Positions 1-11,184 are shown, counted from the first letter of the stretch. The stretch: 64,000 nucleotides of DNA from Anaeromyxobacteraceae bacterium (GCA_047602405.1 JASGHJ010000002.1:1984001-2048000); one strand, 5' to 3'. A program made the numbers and translations. Notes: a model not told the origin generated them from the letters alone.

Positions 1-117
1 GACGGCGACGGCCAGGTCGATCGCTGGGAGACGAAGCACAAGGACGACGACAAGGCCGAGAGCGCCTCCGCGCCGGCCGCGCCCGCGGCGCCGGCGCCGG
101 CCGCGAAGACGAAGTAG
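1..117 (+). CDS. 3' end of an unknown protein (DGDGQVDRWE acidic repeat, Ala/Pro tail); partial
   Basis: Frame 1 reads DGDGQVDRWETKHKDDDKAESASAPAAPAAPAPAAKTK*, TAG at 115-117, GC3-rich codons. Confidence 0.6.
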   Translation, partial: DGDGQVDRWETKHKDDDKAESASAPAAPAAPAPAAKTK

Positions 118-135
118 CAGCGCAGTCCTTGCTGC

Positions 136-243
136 CGGGGCGGGGCCCCATGGAGCTTTGCTCCATGGGGCGGGGGGTCCGTTCAATCCCGAGCGTAGGG
201 CCCGCGAAGCGGGCCCGGAGTCGAGGGACGAGCCCCCGGAAAC
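136..243. repeat. Composite REP-like palindromic element, copy 1
   Basis: GCCCCATGGAGC-TTT-GCTCCATGGGGC hairpin followed by TCCCGAGCGTAG-hairpin-GAGTCGAGGGACG; closely similar to 35297-35400. Confidence 0.85.
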
Positions 244-714
244 TCAGTAGCCGATCTCGACCCCGGCGAGGAGCTCGGTCCGCCACCCGGCGGGGCCGCG
301 CCGCGCGCCCGCGCGGAGCCCCGCGACGACGGTGCCCAGGCGCCACCCCGCGCCCGCGCTCGCCCCGAGCGCCGCGCCCACCCTCCCCACCTCCGCCGCC
401 GCGCCGAGCTCGACGCCCAGCGAGAGCCGCACCCGCTCCCCCGCGGAGCCGCGCAGCCCGGCCGTCGCCCACGCCGGGGAGCCCGCACCGTCCGCGGCGC
501 GGCCGGAGGTCCGCGGCGCGGACGCCCACCCGAGGGTCGCCGTCCAGTCGACGGGCCCCTCGAGCCAGCCCGCGGCCGTGAGCGCGAGCGCGAGCCCCGC
601 GCCGCCGCGGGCCCGGGAGAGCCCTGTTTCCAGGGCGAGGGAGCGATCCGGGGCCTGCGCCGCGACGGCGGCCGGCGCGGCCAGGAGGACGAGGAGGCGG
701 ACGAGCGTTCGCAT
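244..714 (-). CDS. Small secreted, probably outer-membrane beta-strand protein
   Basis: Signal peptide MRTLVRLLVLLAAPAAVAAQA, alternating-residue strands, C-terminal aromatic (VEIGY). Confidence 0.6.
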   Translation of the reverse strand: MRTLVRLLVLLAAPAAVAAQAPDRSLALETGLSRARGGAGLALALTAAGWLEGPVDWTATLGWASAPRTSGRAADGAGSPAWATAGLRGSAGERVRLSLGVELGAAAEVGRVGAALGASAGAGWRLGTVVAGLRAGARRGPAGWRTELLAGVEIGY

Positions 715-743
715 GCGGCACGGGGGTAGCAAGAACCGGGCGC

Positions 744-1502
744 ATGCCCCGCCCCGCCCTCGCCGCCGCCGCGGCGCTCCTCCTCGCCTGCGCGCACCGC
801 CCGACCGTGCACCCCCGCGCCGTGGAGGAGGTGCGGCGCGGCTACGCCCACGTCGCCGCGGGCGACCTCGAGCGCGCCGAGGTCGCCTTCGAGCACGCGC
901 TCGCGTTCCGCCCGGACCTGCCGGAGGGTCACGCCGGCCTGGGCGTCGTGGCGCGGCTGCGCGGCGATCTCGCCGCCGCGCGGCGCCACCTCGAGCGCGC
1001 GGTGAAGCTCGAGCCCGACTTCGCGGAGGGCTGGGCGAACCTCGGCGAGACCTTGCTCGCGATGGGCCGGCACGAGGACGCCGTCCGGTCCCTCCGGAGC
1101 GCGCTCGCGATCGACCCCGACCTCTCCGACGCGCGCGAGAACCTCGTGCGCGCGCTCATCGCCCGCGGCCTCGAGGGCGGCGCGCGTGGGGTCCCGCTCC
1201 TCGTGGCCGCGCGGCGGGAGGCGCTGCACGTGCTCGAGGCCGACCCCCGCCGCGCCTCCGCCCATCACGATCTCGCCTTCCTCTCCTGGCGCGCCGGCGA
1301 CCTCGAGGCGGCGGCCGCCGGCTACCGCCGCGCGCTCGACCTCGAACCGTCGGACGCCCGCCACGCCGTCGGCCTCTGCGCCGCGCTCGTCGGGCTCGCG
1401 AGATGCGAAGAGGCAGCGACCGCCTGCGGCCGCTGCCTCGCGCTGTCACCTTCGGAGCCCGCGTGCCGGGAAGGCCAGCGGCGGGCCGAGGCCTGCCGGT
1501 GA
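744..1502 (+). CDS. TPR-repeat lipoprotein
   Basis: Lipobox LLAC; TPR-like repeats (AEGWANLGETLLAMGRHEDAVRSLRSALAIDP). Confidence 0.85.
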   Translation: MPRPALAAAAALLLACAHRPTVHPRAVEEVRRGYAHVAAGDLERAEVAFEHALAFRPDLPEGHAGLGVVARLRGDLAAARRHLERAVKLEPDFAEGWANLGETLLAMGRHEDAVRSLRSALAIDPDLSDARENLVRALIARGLEGGARGVPLLVAARREALHVLEADPRRASAHHDLAFLSWRAGDLEAAAAGYRRALDLEPSDARHAVGLCAALVGLARCEEAATACGRCLALSPSEPACREGQRRAEACR

Positions 1503-1504
1503 GG

Positions 1505-2542
1505 CTACTTGATGGTCCAGGTATCCCCGCTCGCGAGGAGCTTCTCGACGCTCGCCGTGCCCTTGGCCTTCGCCTGGTCGATCTGCTGCCAGGTGAGCTC
1601 GTCGCAGGTCGGCCGGCGCACGTCGCGCAGGACGCCGATGGGCGTCGGGAAGCCAGGCTGCAGCGGCAGGTTCGCGAGCATGAACGCGATGGTCGGGTCG
1701 TCGCGGGTGACGTCGTGCACGAGGATGTCGGCCTCGGTCACGCCGTTCTCGCCGACGGTGACCACCTCGAGCCGCGCCTGGCGGCCGTCGAAGCGGATGC
1801 CCTTCCTGTTGTCCTTGCCGAAGAGGAGGGGCTTGCCGTGCTCCATGCGGAGCAGCTGGTCGGCCTTCACCGCCTTCTCGGTGATCGCGGTGTAGGCGCC
1901 GTCGTTGAACACCGGGCAGTTCTGGTAGATCTCGACGAAGGTCGAGCCCTTGTGCTCCGCCGCGGCCTTCAGCACGCCGCCGAGGTGCGCGCCCTCGACG
2001 TCGATCGAGCGGGCCACGAAGGTCGCCCCCGCGCCGAGCGCGAGCGCCGGCGGGTTGAACGGCGCGTCCACCGTGCCCTGCGGGGTGGACTTCGTCTTCT
2101 TGCCGAGCTCGGAGGTCGGCGAGGCCTGGCCCTTCGTGAGGCCGTAGATCCGGTTGTTGAAGAGGAGGAGCTTGAGGTCCAGGTTCCGCCGCATCGCGTG
2201 GATGAAGTGGTTGCCGCCGATGGCGAGCGCGTCGCCGTCGCCGGTCACGATCCACACCTGCAGCTCGGGGCGGGCGAGCTTCAGGCCCGACGCGAACGAC
2301 GGCGCGCGGCCGTGCAGCGTGTGCATCCCGTAGTTGTTCATGTAGTACGGGAAGCGGGACGAGCAGCCGATGCCGGAGATGAAGACGATGTTCTCGCGCT
2401 TCACGCCGACCGACGGCAGCGTCTTCTGCACCTGGTTGATGATGGAGTAGTCGCCGCAGCCCGGGCACCAGCGCGGATCGACGCCCGACTCGAAGTCCTT
2501 CTTCTGGTAGGTGGGGACCGCCACCGTGTCCGTCGCGCTCAC
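1505..2542 (-). CDS. korB: 2-oxoacid:ferredoxin oxidoreductase beta subunit
   Basis: WCPGCGD, GIGCSSR, TGDGD TPP motif; GTG start overlaps alpha stop. Confidence 0.92.
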   Translation of the reverse strand: MSATDTVAVPTYQKKDFESGVDPRWCPGCGDYSIINQVQKTLPSVGVKRENIVFISGIGCSSRFPYYMNNYGMHTLHGRAPSFASGLKLARPELQVWIVTGDGDALAIGGNHFIHAMRRNLDLKLLLFNNRIYGLTKGQASPTSELGKKTKSTPQGTVDAPFNPPALALGAGATFVARSIDVEGAHLGGVLKAAAEHKGSTFVEIYQNCPVFNDGAYTAITEKAVKADQLLRMEHGKPLLFGKDNRKGIRFDGRQARLEVVTVGENGVTEADILVHDVTRDDPTIAFMLANLPLQPGFPTPIGVLRDVRRPTCDELTWQQIDQAKAKGTASVEKLLASGDTWTIK

Positions 2543-4413
2543 GCCTTCACCTCCGTCATCACCTCGAGGGCGCGGGTGACGAGCTCCGCGATCTTGAGGG
2601 GCTTGCCGTTGATGCGGTTGAACTGGATGGGATCGACGCCGGGCAACGTGCCGCGCAGGTAGAACGCGAGCTGCCCGTCGTTCACCTCGGGCACGAGCAC
2701 CCGCTTGTAGCGCTTCAGCACCGCGCCGAGGTTCTTCGGCAGCGGGTTCACCCAGCGCAGGTGGACGTGGCCGACCGACTTGCCGCGGCCGCGGAGCTCC
2801 TCCGCGGCGCCGCGCACCGAGCCGAACGTGCCGCCCCACGAGACGAGGAGGAGGTCGCCCTGGTCGACGCCGAACGGCTCGGCGTCGGGGACCTCGGCCA
2901 CCACGTTGCGGATCTTCTGGGCGCGGGTCTTCACCATGCGCTCGTGGTTCATGCCGTCGTACGACACCATGCCGCTGAGCGCGTCCTTCTCGAGGCCGCC
3001 GACGCGGTGCTCGAGGCCGGGCGTGCCCGGGACGGCCCAGTCGCGGACGAGGTTCGCGTCGCGCTGGTACGGCATGAACTTGCCGTCGGCGTGGTTCGGC
3101 TTCGTCTGGTACCTCACGTCGAGCTTCGGGAGCTCCGCGGCCGACGGGATCCGGAACGGCTCGGAGCCGTTCGCGAGGTAGCCGTCGGTGAGGAGGATGA
3201 CCGGGGTCATGTACTTCACCGCGACCCGCATCGCCTCGATGGCCGCCCAGAAGCAGTCGGCCGGGCTCTGCGCCGCGATGATCGGCATGGGCGCCTCGCC
3301 GTGGCGGCCGTAGAGCGCCATCAGCAGGTCGGCCTGCTCGGTCTTGGTGGGCATGCCCGTCGACGGGCCGCCGCGCTGCACGTTCACGATGACGAGCGGC
3401 AGCTCGGTGATGACCGCGAAGCCCATCATCTCGGTCTTGAGCGCGAGGCCCGGGCCGGAGGTGGTGGTCACCGCCAGGGAGCCGCCGAAGGACGCGCCGA
3501 TCGCCGAGCCGATGCCCGCGATCTCGTCCTCCGCCTGGAACGTCACGACCCCGTGCTCCTTGAGGTACGAGAGCTCGTGGAGGATCTCGGAGGCGGGGGT
3601 GATCGGGTAGGAGCCCAGGAAGACCTGGCGGCCGGTGATGTGCGCCACCGTGGCGAAGCCGAGGGCCGCCGCGTAGTTGCCGGTCACGTTGCGATAGGTA
3701 CCCGACGGGAGCTTCGAGGCGGGGACCTCGTAGCGCGCGAAGCCGACCTCGGAGGTCTCGCCGAACGCGTAGCCCGCCTTGAAGACCCGGGCGTTCGCGT
3801 CCGCCAGCCCCGGCTTCTTCGCGAACTTCTTCGCGATCGACTCGAGCTGGCCCTCCATCGGCCGGTTGTACATCCAGTACATGAGCCCGAGCGCGAGGTA
3901 GTTCCGGCAGCGCGCCACCTCCTTCGAGGAGAGCCCGCTCCCCTCGAGCGCCGTCTCGGTCAGCTTCGTCATGTCGACCGGGAAGAGGCGGTAGTTGCGC
4001 TGGAGCGCCTCGTCGTCGAGCGGGTTCGCCCGGTAGCCGGCCTTCTCGAGGTTGACCGCGTTGAAGGCGCCGGCGTTGACGATGAGCATCCCGCCCTCGC
4101 GGAGGTCGGGGAGGTTCGTCTTGAGCGCCGCCGGGTTCATGGCGACGAGCACGTCGGGCTGATCACCCGGCGTGTGGATCTCCTTCGAGCCGAAGTGCAC
4201 CTGGTAGCCGGACACGCCGGAGAGCGAGCCCGCCGGGGCCCGGATCTCCGCCGGATAGTCCGGGAAGGTTGCGATGTCGTTGCCGGCGAGCGCGCTCGCC
4301 TTCGTGAACTCCGTGCCGGTGAGCTGCATCCCGTCGCCGGAGTCGCCGACGAACCGGATGATGACCCGCTCGACCTGATGCACCTGACCCTTGCCACCGG
4401 GCTGCGTCGCCAT
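2539..4413 (-). CDS. korA: 2-oxoacid:ferredoxin oxidoreductase alpha subunit (gamma-alpha type)
   Basis: GDSGDGMQLTG, YPITPAS, QAEDEIAG, QRGGPSTGMPTK. Confidence 0.92.
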   Translation of the reverse strand: MATQPGGKGQVHQVERVIIRFVGDSGDGMQLTGTEFTKASALAGNDIATFPDYPAEIRAPAGSLSGVSGYQVHFGSKEIHTPGDQPDVLVAMNPAALKTNLPDLREGGMLIVNAGAFNAVNLEKAGYRANPLDDEALQRNYRLFPVDMTKLTETALEGSGLSSKEVARCRNYLALGLMYWMYNRPMEGQLESIAKKFAKKPGLADANARVFKAGYAFGETSEVGFARYEVPASKLPSGTYRNVTGNYAAALGFATVAHITGRQVFLGSYPITPASEILHELSYLKEHGVVTFQAEDEIAGIGSAIGASFGGSLAVTTTSGPGLALKTEMMGFAVITELPLVIVNVQRGGPSTGMPTKTEQADLLMALYGRHGEAPMPIIAAQSPADCFWAAIEAMRVAVKYMTPVILLTDGYLANGSEPFRIPSAAELPKLDVRYQTKPNHADGKFMPYQRDANLVRDWAVPGTPGLEHRVGGLEKDALSGMVSYDGMNHERMVKTRAQKIRNVVAEVPDAEPFGVDQGDLLLVSWGGTFGSVRGAAEELRGRGKSVGHVHLRWVNPLPKNLGAVLKRYKRVLVPEVNDGQLAFYLRGTLPGVDPIQFNRINGKPLKIAELVTRALEVMTEVKA

Positions 4414-4594
4414 GAAGCTCGCGTCCTCCGGGAAGGGCGCCGGGGGTGCCTCCGGGGCGCGCGGTCGGGGGAGGCCGCGGCGCACTCGCAGTACCGGCGC
4501 GCGTGTGCAGGAGGTATCGCCCACGCCCCGTCTGGAGTCAAGGTGTCGCAGGGAGTTAAGCCCGCGACCGGACTCGTGCTTCGGCTGTTAACGA

Positions 4595-5974
<1,380 letters not shown>

Positions 5975-5978
<4 letters not shown>

Positions 5979-6661
5979 CCGAACACCTCCAGGTTCGCGC
6001 CGGTGGTGGCGATCGGCGCGTCGAGCGCCGCGAAGGTGATCACCTTCGCGACGTCCTCGGGGGTCATCCGCGGCTCGAACGGCGTCTGCCGGAGCATCGC
6101 GGTGTCGGTCGAGCCGGGCGAGACGGCGATGCAGGCGACGCCGTGATCGCGCAGCTCCTCGGCGAGGCACTTCGTGAGCCCCACGAGCCCCCACTTCGAC
6201 GCGTTGTAGGCCGTCGCGCCCGCCGTGCCGAGCGTCGCGGAGATCGACGCCACGTTCACGATCCGCCCGCGCCGCCGGGCCTTCATGCCGGGGATGACCG
6301 CCCGCGCGCACAGGAAGGCGCCGGTGAGGTTCACGTCGAGCACCCGCTGGAAGTCGGCCGCGGAGGTCTCCTCGGCGAGGCCGCGGACGAGCACGCCCGC
6401 ACCGTTCACGAGCACGTCCACCGGCCCGAGCGCCCGCTCGTGCTCGGCGACGAGCCGCGCCACGTCGGCCTCGACGGCGACGTCGCCGAGGCAGGCGCCC
6501 GCCGCCGCCCCGCCCCGGACGGCCGCCGCGAGCTCGGCCTCGCTCCGGGCGAAGACCGTGACGAGGAGCCCGCGGGCCGTGAGCGCGCGCGCCGCCGCGA
6601 GCCCGATGCCCCGCCCGCCGCCGGTCACGATGGCGGTGCCGCCCGGTGAGGTCCCGCTCAC
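5975..6661 (-). CDS. Short-chain dehydrogenase/reductase
   Basis: TGGGRGIG, NGAG, YNASK catalytic motif. Confidence 0.9.
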
Positions 6662-7317
6662 CGCCGCGCCCGCTTCCCGCCAGGCCGGCCGGCCGGCCGC
6701 GCGCCCCCGCCGCCGGCGCACAGCGCCATGAACCGGCGGCGCGCCGGGCCGTCGGCCGCGAGCGCGCCGCTGAAGGCCTCCGCGTGGGCGCGCGCGCGCG
6801 GGCGCCGCTCGCCGCGGGTGGAGAGGCACAGGTGCTCCGCCTCGAGCACGCAGGCGGCGCCGCGCGCGCCGAGGTGCTCCTCGAGGGCGGCGGCGACGCC
6901 GGCCGCGAGGTCCTCGGCGAGCACGAGCCGGTGCGCGAGCGCGTCCACGAGCTTCACGAGCTGGCCGAAGCCCGCGAGCCGGCCGCCGGGCAGGTACGCG
7001 ACGTGCGCGACGCCGCGCGAGGGCAGGAGGTGGTGCGGGCAGACGGAGACGTAGTCGATGCCGGTGACCGCCACGAGGTCGCGCGACCGGCCGGGCAGCG
7101 CGCCCGCCAGGATCGCGGCGGGGTCGCGGCGGTAGCCGTCGGCGAGCTCGTCGAGCCAGGCCTCGGCCACGCGCCGCGGCGTGCCGGCGAGGTCGGGGCC
7201 CTCGCGGACGTCGGGCGGCAGCCCGAGCGCCTCGAGGAACGCGGCGACGGCCGCCTCCGCCCGCGCGGGGTCGGGGCGGGTGCTCTCGCGCGGCGACCTC
7301 GCGGGCCTACTTGCCAC
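6658..7317 (-). CDS. folE: GTP cyclohydrolase I (divergent)
   Basis: TPRRVA, SVCPHHLLP, EAEHLC motifs. Confidence 0.8.
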   Translation of the reverse strand: MASRPARSPRESTRPDPARAEAAVAAFLEALGLPPDVREGPDLAGTPRRVAEAWLDELADGYRRDPAAILAGALPGRSRDLVAVTGIDYVSVCPHHLLPSRGVAHVAYLPGGRLAGFGQLVKLVDALAHRLVLAEDLAAGVAAALEEHLGARGAACVLEAEHLCLSTRGERRPRARAHAEAFSGALAADGPARRRFMALCAGGGGARPAGRPGGKRARR

Positions 7318-7696
7318 GCGGGCCCCGGTACGTGACGCAGCTGTCCGGGATCTCGTAGAGCCGGACCTCGCACAGCCCGGTCAGCTTCGGCTCGAGCACC
7401 TCCCAGATCCACCGGGCGATGTTCTCGGCGGTCGGGTTGTCGAGGAGGTCATTGAGGGTGCGGTGGTCGACGCGGGCGAGCACGTGCTCCTGCACGAGCT
7501 GCTTCACCACGCCGAAGTCGGCGATCATGCCGGTCTTCGGGTCGACGTCGCCCTCGAGCGCCACGAAGAACTTGTAGTTGTGACCGTGCATCCGGAAGCA
7601 CGGGCCCTCGTAGCGGGGGAGCCGGTGCGCCGCGGCGAAGTAGAACTCGACGTCGAGCCGCATCCGGCGCGCGTCGGTGTAGTCGATCGTTGCCAT
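7307..7696 (-). CDS. queD: 6-carboxytetrahydropterin synthase / PTPS (QueD family)
   Basis: FAAAHRL, CFRMHGHNY (Cx3HGH), NPTAENIA. Confidence 0.88.
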   Translation of the reverse strand: MATIDYTDARRMRLDVEFYFAAAHRLPRYEGPCFRMHGHNYKFFVALEGDVDPKTGMIADFGVVKQLVQEHVLARVDHRTLNDLLDNPTAENIARWIWEVLEPKLTGLCEVRLYEIPDSCVTYRGPRGK

Positions 7697-7703
7697 GGCT
7701 GCC

Positions 7704-8003
7704 TTATAGCTCCACGAAGACGTCCCCGCCCTCGATGGTGACCGGGTAAGCGTCCACGGCCACGCCCGGGAACTCGGGGCACCGGCCGGTCTCGACCTCG
7801 AACGGCCAGGCGTGCAGCGGGCAGTAGACGACCCCGGCCCGGACCTCGCCCCAGGCCAGCGCGGCCCCCCGGTGCGGGCAGACGTTGTCGAGCGCGAACA
7901 CCCGCTCGCCCTGCCGGAACAGCGCGAGCTCCCGGCCCTCGACCTCCACGCACCACCCGACCTGCTCCGGCAGGTCCGACGCCCTCGCGACCCTGTATCG
8001 CAC
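7704..8003 (-). CDS. Rieske [2Fe-2S] ferredoxin
   Basis: CPHRG...CPLH motifs. Confidence 0.9.
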   Translation of the reverse strand: MRYRVARASDLPEQVGWCVEVEGRELALFRQGERVFALDNVCPHRGAALAWGEVRAGVVYCPLHAWPFEVETGRCPEFPGVAVDAYPVTIEGGDVFVEL

Positions 8004-8171
8004 GGGGCCACCCTACCCTGAATCCGGGACACGCGCGGGCCCTGCGCGGGGCACGGCCACCGCGCCGGACGGCTCCGCGGGGACCCCGCCGGAACGGGTC
8101 ACCGGGCCGTGGGGCGGTGCCGAAACACCCGATTGCGTAACGTCCGGGGGAATCTAGAGGGGGACCACGCC

Positions 8172-9449
8172 TTGCCCGAGCTCCGCACGCTGCTCGTTCA
8201 CCGAGACCCGACCGCGCGCGAGCGCATCGCAGGCCTCCTGCGCGGCGAGGGGCTCGAGCTCCGCGTCGCCGCGGGCGCCGGGGACGGCGCCGGCACGCTC
8301 ACCGCCCAGCCGCTCGCGCTCGTGGTCGCCGACGAGGCGACCGCGGCCGAGGGGCTCGCCGACGCGTGCCTGAGCCTCACGCCGTCGCCGCTGCTCGTCG
8401 TGCTCTCGGAGTCGGCCGCCGCGGCCGCAGGGCAGCCGCTCCGCGGGACGGGGACGCTCGCCGTCCGCGCCGACGACGAGCAGGCGCTCCGGGAGGCCGT
8501 GCAGTCCATCGCCGGCCGCAGGGTGAACGGCAAGGCCCCGCAGTCGGGGGGCCTCGACGCGATCCTCGGCCCGTCGAAGGAGATGATGGAGCTCCGCGCG
8601 CTCGCCGGCCGCCTCGCCGCGAGCCGGGTGCCGATCCTCCTCCGCGGCGAGGCCGGCACCGGCCGCGAGCTCCTCGCCCGCGCCATCCACGCCGCCTCGC
8701 CCCGCGCGGCGGGGCCCTTCATCGTCATCGACTGCGCCACGCTGCCCGCGCGCGTGCTCGAGACCGAGCTCTTCGGCGGCGCGCCCACCGCGGCCTCCGC
8801 CCCGGCGGCGCTCCTGCGCCAGGCCGAGGGCGGCACCCTCTACCTGCACGAGGTCACCGGCGCGAGCCCCGGCCTCTCCGCGCGCCTCCTGCACGTGCTC
8901 GCCGCCGGCGCCGCCCGCGCCGAGGGCCAGCCGATCGACGTGCGCCTCATCGGCTCGACGCGCGAGGAGCCGCGCACCGGCGGCCGCTCCGACGTCGCGG
9001 CCCGCCTCGACGTCACGACCCTGCGCATCCCGCCGCTCCGCGAGCGCCCCGAGGACGTCCCGGTCCTCGCGCAGCACTTCGCGAACCGCCATGGCCGCCC
9101 CGCGACGCTCTCGGCCGAGGTGCAGGAGGTCCTGCGCGCGTACCCCTGGCCGGGCAACGTCCGCGAGCTCGAGCAGGCGGTCGCGCACGCGCTGGCGCTC
9201 TCCTCCGGCGCCGCCGTGCTCCCGGAGAACCTGCCGCCCAACGTCCGGGGCGAGGGCCGCGCGCCCGTCGCCGGCCGCCCGGGCCAGCGCCCGACGCTCC
9301 AGGAGCTCGAGCGCCGCTACGCCATTGAGGTCCTCCGCGAGACCGGCGGCAACAAGAGCCGGACCGCCGAGATCCTCGGCATCGATTGCAAGACGCTCTA
9401 CCGCCTGCTGGGCCTGACGCCGCCGCCGCCGACGTCCAGGAATCCCTAG
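8172..9449 (+). CDS. Degenerate sigma-54 activator-like regulator (receiver-like, AAA+, Fis HTH)
   Basis: GEAGTGRE, IPPLRERPED, WPGNVRELE, GNKSRTAEILGI; GAFTGA absent; TTG start after AGAGGGG. Confidence 0.8.
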   Translation: MPELRTLLVHRDPTARERIAGLLRGEGLELRVAAGAGDGAGTLTAQPLALVVADEATAAEGLADACLSLTPSPLLVVLSESAAAAAGQPLRGTGTLAVRADDEQALREAVQSIAGRRVNGKAPQSGGLDAILGPSKEMMELRALAGRLAASRVPILLRGEAGTGRELLARAIHAASPRAAGPFIVIDCATLPARVLETELFGGAPTAASAPAALLRQAEGGTLYLHEVTGASPGLSARLLHVLAAGAARAEGQPIDVRLIGSTREEPRTGGRSDVAARLDVTTLRIPPLRERPEDVPVLAQHFANRHGRPATLSAEVQEVLRAYPWPGNVRELEQAVAHALALSSGAAVLPENLPPNVRGEGRAPVAGRPGQRPTLQELERRYAIEVLRETGGNKSRTAEILGIDCKTLYRLLGLTPPPPTSRNP

Positions 9450-9476
9450 AGGCATCGCATATGCGGGGGACGGGGT

Positions 9477-9518
9477 GCGGAGCCGCCGGGGACCTTCCCC
9501 GCGCGGCTCCGCTGTTTT
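9477..9518 (+). terminator. Probable intrinsic terminator
   Basis: GCGGAGCCGC...GCGGCTCCGC stem followed by TGTTTT, just after the regulator stop. Confidence 0.55.
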
Positions 9519-9580
9519 CAGGCGTTCCCCGTCGGCAGAAGTGGCCGTGGGACCTCCGCCGTCGGCATGCGTGTCCGCAG

Positions 9581-9828
9581 GAGCCAAACGGACCTCCGCG
9601 ACAGCGCTTGCTCGGACGGGTTTGAGACGGAAGAGATTGCCGGAACCGTTGCTGTTCCACGGCGGTGATCGCGCAGCAGGCCTGCGGACCATGTGCGCGT
9701 GACGGCGTCGTGCGCTGAAGCGCACGGCGCCGTCCCCGCGCGATGGTTCCTTGGCCTGCAATGCGACATGTGGGGACGGTACCTCGCCCGTCGCTCGCTG
9801 CGCGCTGCTGCGGAGGCCCGTTTGGCTC
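9581..9828. repeat. 27-bp imperfect inverted repeat pair
   Basis: 9581-9607 GAGCCAAACGGACCTCCGCGACAGCGC vs 9802-9828 GCGCTGCTGCGGAGGCCCGTTTGGCTC (24/27 complementary). Confidence 0.75.
9676..9759 (+). repeat. ~84-bp long-hairpin element, copy A
   Basis: GCAGGCCTGCGG...GTGACGGC-hairpin-GCCGTC...CCTTGGCCTGC; homologous to the reverse complement of 11588-11669. Confidence 0.75.
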
Positions 9829-9886
9829 TCCGGCGTGGAGGACGATGGTGCGGCCGTGACTGCTGGGTGCTGATGAACGACCAACG

Positions 9887-9934
9887 GGTTGGCACTGCGG
9901 TTGGCACTGCGGTTGGCGTTGCGGTTGGCGTTGT
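9887..9934. repeat. 4 x 12-bp tandem repeat
   Basis: GGTTGGCACTGC x2, GGTTGGCGTTGC, GGTTGGCGTTGT. Confidence 0.9.
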
Positions 9935-10089
9935 GACGACGTGCTCACTCAACGCCTCGCGCCTGTCACCCGCCGAGTCTCATTCACCGTTAGACAGAAT
10001 GGTTGGACCCGCTGTCACGCGAACGTGGGTTACTCCGCGAAGCTGCGAAACCCCACGGCGCAGAGCCACAGCGGGAGGCGGGTCCAACC

Positions 10090-11184
10090 ATGGAGAGCGT
10101 ACGATTCGTCGGTCTCGACGTCCACGCAGACAGCATCGCCATCGCGGTCGCTGAGCCCGGCCGGGGAGAGCCGAGCGCTTTGGCGGTCGTCGCAAACGAC
10201 ACCGCGGCACTGCTGAAGCGCCTGCGACGGCTCGGTACCATCAAATGCTGCTACGAGGCTGGTCCAACAGGGTTCGGGCTCTACCGAGCGCTCAACGCCG
10301 GCGGCGTCGAATGCGTCGTGGTCGCGCCTTCGTTGGTGCCTATGAAGGCCGGCGATCGCGTCAAGACCGACCGGCGGGATGCCGTGAAGCTCGCCCGGTT
10401 TCTGAGGTCTGGAGACCTGACCGAAGTCCACGTGCCCGACGAAGCCACCGAGGCCATGCGGGATCTCGAGCGCGCGCGAGATGCCGCGAAGAAGGCTGAG
10501 CGCGTAGCCCGTCACCAGCTCGGGAAGTTCCTTCTCCGTCATGGGCGGCGCTGGACAGGGAAGACACGGTGGACTCGCGACCACCTGGCGTGGGTTCGGG
10601 TCCAGCATTTCGAGCACGAGGCGCAGCAACGGGTCCTCGAGGACTACCTGAAGACGGTGGAAGACGTGGGGGAGAGGGTTCGCCGGCATACCCGCAGCAT
10701 CGAGGAGCTCGTGGAGAGCTGGAGCCGGATGCCCCTGGTGAAGGCGCTACAGTCGCTACGCGGCGTCAACCTCATCACGGCCACGGTGCTCGCAGCGGAG
10801 CTCGGCGACCTGGACCGGTTCGCCACTGCCCCCGAGCTGATGGGCTACCTCGGCCTCGTCCCCTCGGAACACTCGAGCGGAGAAACTCGGCAGCAAGGGA
10901 GAATCACACGCGCCGGGAACGGCCACGCTCGGCGCATTCTCGTCGAGGCCGCCTGGGCTTACCGGTACCGAGCAGCGAACAGCCCTGCCCTCAGGAAGAG
11001 AAGTCGAGGCTTGTCGGAGGAGGTCTTGCGAATCGCCTGGCGTGCCCAGGAGCGGCTCTGCGGTCGCTATCGGAAGCTCACGGGACGCGGGATGAACAAG
11101 AACCGCGTCGTCGTTGCCATCGCGCGCGAGTTGGCGGGATTCGTCTGGGCCATCGGGCGCCAGCCACAACTCCTAAAGGCGTAG
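10090..11184 (+). CDS. IS110-family transposase/recombinase
   Basis: VGLDVH, YEAGPTG, KTDRRDA (DEDD RuvC fold), GLVPSEHSSG serine motif; GGGAGG RBS. Confidence 0.95.
   Translation: MESVRFVGLDVHADSIAIAVAEPGRGEPSALAVVANDTAALLKRLRRLGTIKCCYEAGPTGFGLYRALNAGGVECVVVAPSLVPMKAGDRVKTDRRDAVKLARFLRSGDLTEVHVPDEATEAMRDLERARDAAKKAERVARHQLGKFLLRHGRRWTGKTRWTRDHLAWVRVQHFEHEAQQRVLEDYLKTVEDVGERVRRHTRSIEELVESWSRMPLVKALQSLRGVNLITATVLAAELGDLDRFATAPELMGYLGLVPSEHSSGETRQQGRITRAGNGHARRILVEAAWAYRYRAANSPALRKRSRGLSEEVLRIAWRAQERLCGRYRKLTGRGMNKNRVVVAIARELAGFVWAIGRQPQLLKA

Noticed and set aside
9887..9934. Sigma-54 promoter (TGGCAC) in the tandem repeat
   Set aside because: The -12 position reads GG rather than GC, and there is no suitable downstream gene
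10020..10075. c-di-GMP-I riboswitch-like GCAGAGCC motif
   Set aside because: Lies within the IS left end and lacks the remaining conserved riboswitch elements
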